The position numbers were made by a program, and so were the translations under genes. The notes under the pieces were generated by a model. That model was not told where the DNA came from. It saw only the letters and a program-made list of their open reading frames with translations, and did no database searches. Shown here in pieces: positions 8,664 to 14,685 of a stretch of DNA of 20,000 bases. The stretch comes from an uncultured virus (IMG/VR IMGVR_UViG_3300029288_000087) (Duplodnaviria; Heunggongvirae; Uroviricota; Caudoviricetes). The first letter of the stretch is position 1. The number at the start of each line of letters is the position of its first letter. Location: the IMG/VR virus record IMGVR_UViG_3300029288_000087. One strand, given 5' to 3'.

Positions 8664-9466
8664 GCGACGCTCCGCTTCTTGAACACCGTGGTCGCGCACC
8701 CCAGCCTCTGCAACTTCTCCACAGATACTGGGCACGCGACGCCGCTGGAGCTTATCTCCCAAGCGTCGTACCCGCCCTCCATCATCTCAACACCGAACCT
8801 CTTCGCGTAGTGAGGACGCCAGCTGCACACAAAGATCGGAGGCTTCTCTGTGGATAGGATACCGGAAGCTCCCGACACGACCTCTGGTTCAGCCCCGCAC
8901 GCGCCGCAGAATATCACGTCTGGAACACTCGACAGGGCGAAGTCAAGATTCGCCACTTTCACGTCCAGCGACATCCAGTCGTCAGCGCCGCAAACGATAG
9001 ACCCTTCCATGGGAGAACGGGGCGGGCACCTGAGATCGTGACTTCCGCAGACATCGCTCACCGCGCACTCGTGTACGTCAGTGACGGCAGAGAGCCCGTT
9101 GAGCCTCAGATTATCCATCAGCAAGGGAACCAGCTGTGGGTTCGGCTCGAACGCGTCCACGTGTCCGTTCTCACCAACGAGATGAGCGAACAGCATAGTG
9201 TAGTAGCCAACGTTCGCGCCGATTTCCACGACGTGCATCCCGCGACGGATGATCCCGCACATGGCAGCTGTTATCCAGCTTTCCCAGTAGCCATCGAACA
9301 CGACATGTGGCGCAAACGTCGTGTCCGAAGAGAGCACGAACGTCTTGAACATCCCAAGCGTGTGGCAAAGCACTCTATCCGGCGGGAATGAAACCGCCCT
9401 AACTTTGCTGCGAGAGAACTCTTCAATCTTCTGAGGAGTGGGGTTGCTCAGGTAAATCGACATCAC
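8660..9466 (-). CDS. FkbM-family methyltransferase (atypical C-terminal motif)
   Basis: GYWES, VVEIGANVGYYT, GHVDAFEPNP. Start GTG 9466 or ATG 9463. Confidence 0.88.
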   Translation of the reverse strand: MMSIYLSNPTPQKIEEFSRSKVRAVSFPPDRVLCHTLGMFKTFVLSSDTTFAPHVVFDGYWESWITAAMCGIIRRGMHVVEIGANVGYYTMLFAHLVGENGHVDAFEPNPQLVPLLMDNLRLNGLSAVTDVHECAVSDVCGSHDLRCPPRSPMEGSIVCGADDWMSLDVKVANLDFALSSVPDVIFCGACGAEPEVVSGASGILSTEKPPIFVCSWRPHYAKRFGVEMMEGGYDAWEISSSGVACPVSVEKLQRLGCATTVFKKRSVA

Positions 9467-10254
9467 TTCCCCGCATTCGTCAGTGTGTCGTTGTACTCTT
9501 TCGCAGCGCGCAGAACGCTCATGTCCACCCCAACACTAGCGGCGGCAACGAGCATAGCGTTCGTATCCTTCGGCAGGCATTTCCCACCGAACCCCCTATA
9601 CCCCTTGTGGAACACGTCCAAGTGCGTCGGCCCACACATCGGGTCCACTTCCGCCGCTCGACGTATATCCTCGTACTGTGCCCCAATCGCTTGCGACATG
9701 TCGTACATCTGGTTGGCGAACGACACCTTCACCGCGTACCAGCAGTTGGCGAAATACTTGACGAGTTCTGCCTCTGTGCTTTTCATCAGCAAGACGAACC
9801 CGGCTGGCGGCAGTAGCGACAACACCCGATGAAGAACTTGAGCGTCTCTGCTGCCCGCAAACCCCACAACGTGGCGCGCGGGGTGTAGAAAGTCGTCCAC
9901 TGCTGTTGCGTCGGACAAGAACTCTGGCATGAATAGGATCGCCAAGGTAGGATGCTTGGCTTGTAGCGCCGCGGTAGTCCCCGGGGCCACGGTTGAGCGA
10001 ATGACGACGATGATGCCCTCGCGAGCGGACAGCTTGCGCACAGCATCTTCGACAGCCGACACATCGCATGCTCCATCGGCGCGTTCAGGAGTCGGCACGC
10101 ACACGAATGCGACTTGACAATCGGCAACCGCATCCCAGTCGTTGTAGCCCTTCGCCGGATCGTAGACGGACAGCTCGCATCTGCTCGCGAGCCACTCTGC
10201 CATCGCGGCCCCTACCGTGCCGTGCCCAATGACCGCTACACGCTCTGCGCTCAC
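9463..10254 (-). CDS. ugd: UDP-glucose/GDP-mannose 6-dehydrogenase family protein, short form
   Basis: VIGHGTVG Rossmann motif, FVCVPTP, IRSTVAPGTT, PEFL, AELVKYFAN, GFGGKCLPKD (catalytic Cys). Confidence 0.92.
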   Translation of the reverse strand: MSAERVAVIGHGTVGAAMAEWLASRCELSVYDPAKGYNDWDAVADCQVAFVCVPTPERADGACDVSAVEDAVRKLSAREGIIVVIRSTVAPGTTAALQAKHPTLAILFMPEFLSDATAVDDFLHPARHVVGFAGSRDAQVLHRVLSLLPPAGFVLLMKSTEAELVKYFANCWYAVKVSFANQMYDMSQAIGAQYEDIRRAAEVDPMCGPTHLDVFHKGYRGFGGKCLPKDTNAMLVAAASVGVDMSVLRAAKEYNDTLTNAGK

Positions 10255-10808
10255 GCCTGCCCCTCCGCCGCTGCCTCCGCGGGGGCCATCTGCACGAACG
10301 GCGCGGTCACCTGATACTTCGCAAACTTCTTGGACCCGATCTGCTCCACCTGCTTGCTCTCCCGAAGCTCCCGCATCGCGCGCTTCACCTGCGAGATCGA
10401 CCAGTCGAACTGTGTGGCGAGCGAGCCATGGATCTCCGCCAGCGCGACCGGCTCCGCGAACCCACTCAGGTAGCTCAGGATCTCGCGCTTCACGTCCTGC
10501 ATCGGCGCAGCCTTGGACTTGCTCACGATGACCTTGCTCTTGCCGATCACCTTCTTGGCCCGCTGCATGAGCCCAGAACGCTTCTTCTGCACCTTACCCA
10601 TCGGCTTACCGTCCCGGGCCACCTTGCGCGCCCCGCCCCGGCGATCCCCTCCCGCGTCCAGGTACATCTCGTGCAGGAACTGCTTGTGCGCCTCGCAGTG
10701 CGCCTCCGCGAGCTTGTCCGTGATCTCTTTCGAGTAGAGCGGCCTGAGCGTCGCAAAAAACAAGTCGTAGAGCGACGAACGCGCCTTCTCGATCTTCTTT
10801 TGGGACAT
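10251..10808 (-). CDS. Basic DNA-binding protein with C-terminal winged helix-turn-helix
   Basis: KREILSYL...VALAEI...SISQVKRAMRELRESKQVEQIGSKKFAKYQV is a wHTH plus wing pattern; Lys/Arg-rich linker. Confidence 0.7.
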   Translation of the reverse strand: MSQKKIEKARSSLYDLFFATLRPLYSKEITDKLAEAHCEAHKQFLHEMYLDAGGDRRGGARKVARDGKPMGKVQKKRSGLMQRAKKVIGKSKVIVSKSKAAPMQDVKREILSYLSGFAEPVALAEIHGSLATQFDWSISQVKRAMRELRESKQVEQIGSKKFAKYQVTAPFVQMAPAEAAAEGQA

Positions 10809-10816
10809 GCGAAGAA

Positions 10817-10845
10817 TGATTAGCCGAACAACAAGAATTTGTCAA
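10817..10845 (-). promoter_or_regulatory. Putative sigma70 promoter of the wHTH-glycosylation operon (leaderless)
   Basis: Perfect TTGACA (10845-10840), 17 bp, TAATCA (10822-10817), then 8 nt to ATG 10808; no SD. Confidence 0.6.
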
Positions 10846-11249
10846 CGCGCCGTCATCGCACGATAGGCGAGGAAGCCAAGGATCGCTGCGATGACCACGA
10901 CGGCTGCGCGTGGCGAGGAGGCCACGGATGCTTGGATCACAGGGGGTTGCGTGATGACGATCTCGGACTCCGTTTCGTCAGGCGGCGTCTCTTCGTCTGG
11001 GACTTCCGGCGAAAGGGACGCGTACAAGTTCGATAGGGCCTGCTCGATGGCCGAAGCGTAGTACCCGTCGATCTGAGGCTCGTCCCCGATGATGATGAGC
11101 GGCACCTGCTTGATGGCCGAGTCCTCGCCCGCGTCGTGAACGTTGACCGTGACGCCGTGGGAGGCCGGGTCCGACGCCATGATCTGCGCCTTCGCTTTTT
11201 CGCAATGCTCGCAATACGGTCGCGTAAAGATGTCGATCTGGGTTCTCAC
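10842..11249 (-). CDS. Glutaredoxin-like thiol-disulfide oxidoreductase with C-terminal membrane anchor
   Basis: IDIFTRPYCEHCEKAK (CxxC), QVPLIIIG (cis-Pro loop), acidic/Pro linker, TM AAVVVIAAILGFLAY. GTG 11249 overlaps the reconstructed ancestral SLT stop. Confidence 0.8.
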   Translation of the reverse strand: MRTQIDIFTRPYCEHCEKAKAQIMASDPASHGVTVNVHDAGEDSAIKQVPLIIIGDEPQIDGYYASAIEQALSNLYASLSPEVPDEETPPDETESEIVITQPPVIQASVASSPRAAVVVIAAILGFLAYRAMTAR

Positions 11250-11262
11250 GCGTGCACCGCCC

Positions 11263-11375
11263 GGAGGATCTTCGGGGTGAGCCCGATCATTTTTCGCTAC
11301 CAGACGCTGCCGGTGCAACATCTAATGCCGATGCATCCTTCAGGTTACCCCGAAGGACGGGTTGATCTCCCAAAG
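11263..11375 (-). ncRNA. Predicted TnpB omegaRNA (scaffold ~11375-11283 plus ~20 nt flank-derived guide)
   Basis: Overlaps tnpB 3' end/right end; GGG-AGAUCAA-CCC hairpin whose loop can pair with terminal UGAUC; GUCCUUCGGG-GUAA-CCUGAAGGAU GNRA hairpin. 5' boundary is a guess. Confidence 0.6.
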
Positions 11376-12501
11376 CTCGCAGGAAGATCCCGCGAGCGCC
11401 ATTGTAGTCTCGATCCATCGAGAGTCCCGTCTTCGCCGAGCGCACCACCTTCGAGCCGCCGAGCTTGGCGTTCACTTCACCCGTCCACGATACCGTCTTG
11501 CTCGTCCAAGCCTCGTTCTGATCGAGCACGAGCTTGCCGTACTCGAATGCCTTGTGCTTCAGAAACATCCTGAAACGGTAGTGGGCAAACGTCAGCATCG
11601 AACGCACCGACTTCGCCCGGAGCTTACGCGCACCTCGTTGCACCATCTCCTGCGTCTCGAACGGAGGCAGGATGATCACGTCGAAGCTCTTCACTAGAAA
11701 TGCCGCCACCTTGTGATGCAGCTCGTCCACGAGGTTGTGGAGCCTGCTCTGCATGTTCAGAATCGCGCGGCGCAAGTTCCGTTTTCGGAAGCGCTGCGTC
11801 TCCAGCTTGCGCCTGGAGATCAGATCGTCGATGTGCGCGCATAGCCGCTGAATCTGTCCAAAGTCACCGTCTCCGAGCTTGCCACAACCTGTCTCGGCGT
11901 AGAACGTTTGGAAGGATCGCACCCCGGGATCGAGAGCAACGACGCGCCCTTGGTTTTCGGCTGCGCATCGCTTCTGCTGTACGGGAACGATCAGAAACCA
12001 ACGCCCTCTTGCACGTACCAACCGCAGATCACCGTGTCCCTTCGGCACCTCCTCGACCATTCGGATCTCGCCCTTGGAGAGAGTCGGGTATATTCCTCCA
12101 CGACGGAATGCACTCTTCGGAATGAAACATGACTGCACGGGTTGTTTCCTGGACCTGAAGCCCACCTCTTGAAACTCGCCCGTCTCCATGAACTTGCGCT
12201 TCGCCGCCGACACCGCCCTGCACGCGTCCCTCATTGCCACGGATCGGATCTGGTAGGGCGTCTCCTCGGACCATGGCGGCAACGCCTTGAGCAGGCCCGT
12301 CTTGATCTTCTTCCAGTTCGCCTTGGTGCCGGGCGTTCGGAGGAAGGCGACCGCTGCGTTGAACGCGACGCGCGAGGTCCCGAGCCATCGGCGGAAGACG
12401 CCTGCCTGCTGGTCAGTGGGGTAGATCCGGATCTTCTTTGATTTGAGCAGCGTATCGTCTGAGGCCGTGCATTCGGCAAGAGAAGACGTGAACGATGGCA
12501 A
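11287..12501 (-). CDS. tnpB: IS607-associated RNA-guided endonuclease TnpB (Fanzor2-like)
   Basis: KSKKIRIYP N-terminus, VALDPGVRSF (RuvC-I), NEAWTSKT, MDRDYNGARGI (RuvC-III). Start uncertain (TTG 12501, CTG 12450 or GTG 12567). Confidence 0.92.
   Translation of the reverse strand: MPSFTSSLAECTASDDTLLKSKKIRIYPTDQQAGVFRRWLGTSRVAFNAAVAFLRTPGTKANWKKIKTGLLKALPPWSEETPYQIRSVAMRDACRAVSAAKRKFMETGEFQEVGFRSRKQPVQSCFIPKSAFRRGGIYPTLSKGEIRMVEEVPKGHGDLRLVRARGRWFLIVPVQQKRCAAENQGRVVALDPGVRSFQTFYAETGCGKLGDGDFGQIQRLCAHIDDLISRRKLETQRFRKRNLRRAILNMQSRLHNLVDELHHKVAAFLVKSFDVIILPPFETQEMVQRGARKLRAKSVRSMLTFAHYRFRMFLKHKAFEYGKLVLDQNEAWTSKTVSWTGEVNAKLGGSKVVRSAKTGLSMDRDYNGARGIFLRALGDQPVLRGNLKDASALDVAPAASGSEK
11297..11307. 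repeat. IS607 right-end subterminal motif, inverted copy of 12987-12997
   Basis: CTACCAGACGC (11297-11307) is the exact reverse complement of GCGTCTGGTAG (12987-12997). Confidence 0.75.
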
Positions 12502-12985
12502 GAAGATCGTCGGAAAGCTCCCGCTCGGGGCTGTGTTCAGTCTGATTGAGAACCACGAGTTCTCCACCGTTATGTTCGAGAAGATGCCCGAGAAGTTCGA
12601 CACCAAAGCGGGCAAGGCGGTCCTTGTGGGCAACCACAACCGTGAGCTTTGCTCCGCGTGCCAGTCGGTCCAGTAGGGAGAGCAATCCTTTACGCTTGAA
12701 GTTGAGCCCACTCCCGATGTCTTTGACAATTTCTGCGTTCGGGAAGCGCTGTCGCATGTAGATGATCTGTCTTGCGAGGTCATCCTTCTGCTTGGGAGAG
12801 GAGACCCGGCAGTAGCAGACAATAGCTGGAGGCAGGCCGTCCTTGACGAAGGAATCGACATCGAGAAGCCGCTGGCCAGCAGCGTTGCGCACGTGTTTGA
12901 TGAGCCCTTCATCGGCGTACTTCCGGATCGTGTTCGGGCACATGCCAAGAATCTGGCAGGCCATCCGCAGTGGAACCAACTTCAT
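12413..12985 (-). CDS. tnpA: IS607-family serine transposase TnpA
   Basis: N-terminal MerR-like HTH (ACQILGMCPNTIRKYADEG), YCRVSSPKQKDDLARQ catalytic Ser motif, DIGSGLNFKRKG, HKDRLARFG. Confidence 0.96.
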   Translation of the reverse strand: MKLVPLRMACQILGMCPNTIRKYADEGLIKHVRNAAGQRLLDVDSFVKDGLPPAIVCYCRVSSPKQKDDLARQIIYMRQRFPNAEIVKDIGSGLNFKRKGLLSLLDRLARGAKLTVVVAHKDRLARFGVELLGHLLEHNGGELVVLNQTEHSPERELSDDLLAIVHVFSCRMHGLRRYAAQIKEDPDLPH

Positions 12986-12986
12986 G

Positions 12987-13019
12987 GCGTCTGGTAGAGA
13001 ACGGTAGCATCTCGTTAGC
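12987..13019. repeat. IS607 left-end array of imperfect repeats (probable TnpA binding sites)
   Basis: CTGGTAG (12991-12997), ACGGTAG (13001-13007), TCGTTAG (13012-13018) at 10-11 bp spacing. Confidence 0.6.
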
Positions 13020-13029
13020 TATTCGTCAA
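13001..13029 (-). promoter_or_regulatory. tnpA promoter at the IS left end
   Basis: TTGACG, 17 bp, TACCGT with TGn extension; overlaps the subterminal repeats, consistent with autorepression. Confidence 0.6.
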
Positions 13030-13761
13030 CCCCCAGTGGATGTCGGCGAGCATGTACCCCACGGCCCCGAGCACGAAGAAGATGACCGCGACCTGCATCG
13101 CCCCGCTCGCCCCAGCCTGCCGAGGCGCGGACAAGCCGAGGGCGACGAAGGTGTTGGCGGCGCGCACGAAGTTCGCCACGTAGTCGTGCTGGCCGTACAT
13201 GCCCAGGATGCCAGGGCCATCAGCCATGCCGGTGTCGTTGCAGGCGCACGTCTCTGCGGGCTTCCCGCAACCGTTGTACGCCTTCACCGCCGCGAGTACC
13301 GAGCCACCGAAGTTCTTCGTCATCTTCACGATGAGGTTGCCCGCGTCGATGATCTGCTGCTCCGGGTGCTCGTTGTAGAACTGCGGCTCGTGACCGTACA
13401 TCCGGCACGTCATCGGGATGAACTGCATCAGGCCGCACGCGCCAGCGTCGCTGCACACCGTGGGGTTGCCGCCCGATTCGATCTGCATGATGCCCACAAG
13501 CCAGGACGGCGGGATGCCGTTGATCTCGGCAGCGTTCTGGATGGCCGCGCCCCAGCGGCCCCAGACGTTTGTGGCCATCTTCTGAGCGCGCGCGCTTGCG
13601 ATGTCCCAGGAGGGGAACCCCTGGCCTTCGACCTCGATCCGCCCGTCCTCCCACAGCCGGTAGGGGACGCCACAGGGATTGAACCACGCGCTCGGCATGG
13701 CCCCATCATACACGCGGGGCGCTTGTCCGAAAAGCGCCCGAGGCTGTATGCTCTCGTCCAT
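13015..13761 (-). CDS. Lytic transglycosylase (SLT domain) with C-terminal TM; last codons replaced by IS607
   Basis: AAEINGIPPSWLVGIMQIESGGNP...GACGLMQF...AVKAYNG motifs; TM VAVIFFVLGAVGYML. Alternative start ATG 13698, 6 nt after TATGAT. Confidence 0.9.
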   Translation of the reverse strand: MDESIQPRALFGQAPRVYDGAMPSAWFNPCGVPYRLWEDGRIEVEGQGFPSWDIASARAQKMATNVWGRWGAAIQNAAEINGIPPSWLVGIMQIESGGNPTVCSDAGACGLMQFIPMTCRMYGHEPQFYNEHPEQQIIDAGNLIVKMTKNFGGSVLAAVKAYNGCGKPAETCACNDTGMADGPGILGMYGQHDYVANFVRAANTFVALGLSAPRQAGASGAMQVAVIFFVLGAVGYMLADIHWGLTNS

Positions 13762-13804
13762 GAAGATCGCCTTCTACGTCGGGTTGTGCGGAGGGTATGG
13801 GGCC

Positions 13805-13951
13805 ATGGAGGCTCGTCAGTACGAGCGTCTACAGACAGAAACCGAAGCGCTCGCCAAAAAGAACCACGAGAAGGACGCATCGGTCCCGCTGTTTCATCCC
13901 GTACCACCGCTGCTCGTGGTAGACACGAAGGATTTTGAAGGTCACGGATGA
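13805..13951 (+). CDS. Small hypothetical protein
   Basis: GGAGG SD before ATG 13805; stop overlaps the SGNH start (ATGA). Alternative start 13760. Confidence 0.5.
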   Translation: MEARQYERLQTETEALAKKNHEKDASVPLFHPVPPLLVVDTKDFEGHG

Positions 13952-14679
13952 AAGATTCGACGCCCCTCATCCTGGGAGGCCTGCTGCTCGTTGCGGGCAT
14001 CGGCATCGCCAAGAGTCTAAGCGCCCGGTGCGTTCCGAACATCAAGGCGGGCTCGCGCGTCTTTCTGGTCGGCGACAGCCTTGCCGTGGGGCTCGGCCCC
14101 TACGTGAAGAAGCTCTGCACCAGCGTCGGAGCAGACTTCGATGCGGCGTCCCAGATCAGCACGACGACCGGCTTCTGGGTGGGCAACGCGGAGTTCAAAG
14201 CGCAGATCGCAGCGTTTCAGCCGACCATCGTCCTGGTCTCGCTGGGCACGAACGACACGGCGGGAAACACCCAGGCCCCGCAGCTCTCCGCCAACATCGC
14301 CGCCATGATCGACATCATCCGGGCGACCGGAGCGATCGTCTACTGGATCCTTCCCCCGACGCTGCCCTTCGCAGACAGGTTCTCGGCGCTCGTGAGGCAG
14401 ACCGGGGTGCCGGTGTTCGAGTCGAGCAGGTTCGCCATCCCGCGGGGGCCCGACAACCTGCACCCCACCGGGCTGGGCTACGCATCGTGGGCGGGCGTCA
14501 TTTGGCAGACCGCAACGTGCAGCAAGGAGCCACCCGCAGTCTCCCTGTCCGGGCTCGGCAGGCTGCGCTTCCTGCCCCTCAACGGTGTGAGGCCGCGGGC
14601 GAGCGGCGTGATGAGCCGTGTTGCCCCTGCGCGCCCAGTCAGACGGCGCAAGCCGACCATCACGTTCAGACGGACTTGA
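13948..14679 (+). CDS. SGNH/GDSL hydrolase with N-terminal membrane anchor/signal and basic tail
   Basis: VGDSL (block I), LGTND (block III), DNLHP (block V); hydrophobic N-terminus. Confidence 0.9.
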   Translation: MKDSTPLILGGLLLVAGIGIAKSLSARCVPNIKAGSRVFLVGDSLAVGLGPYVKKLCTSVGADFDAASQISTTTGFWVGNAEFKAQIAAFQPTIVLVSLGTNDTAGNTQAPQLSANIAAMIDIIRATGAIVYWILPPTLPFADRFSALVRQTGVPVFESSRFAIPRGPDNLHPTGLGYASWAGVIWQTATCSKEPPAVSLSGLGRLRFLPLNGVRPRASGVMSRVAPARPVRRRKPTITFRRT

Positions 14680-14685
14680 GAGGAC

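Larger units (their letters stand above)
11283..13031 (-). mobile_element. IS607-family insertion sequence (tnpA + tnpB), apparently complete
   Basis: Serine transposase plus TnpB; both junctions fall in G-runs (TGGGGG|TTGACG... and ...ATGATCGG|GCTC); removal restores an intact ORF end. Boundaries uncertain by about 1 nt. Confidence 0.9.

Noticed and set aside
8664..8762. N-terminal extension of the GT8-like ORF
   Set aside because: Overlaps the FkbM gene; GTG 8663 gives the usual GTGA coupling and a family-typical N-terminus.
5155..9466. Methyltransferases as DNA MTases of a restriction-modification system
   Set aside because: No DPPY/NPPY or PCQ catalytic motifs; all match small-molecule or sugar MTase families.
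12502..12948. 553-aa TnpB as given by the ORF track
   Set aside because: The extension is a Ser-rich shadow frame of tnpA; recognisable TnpB sequence starts at KSKKIRIYP near 12444.
12986..13031. IS607 element as an IStron (group I intron-containing)
   Set aside because: Only about 45 bp lie between the left end and the tnpA ATG, too little for a group I intron core.
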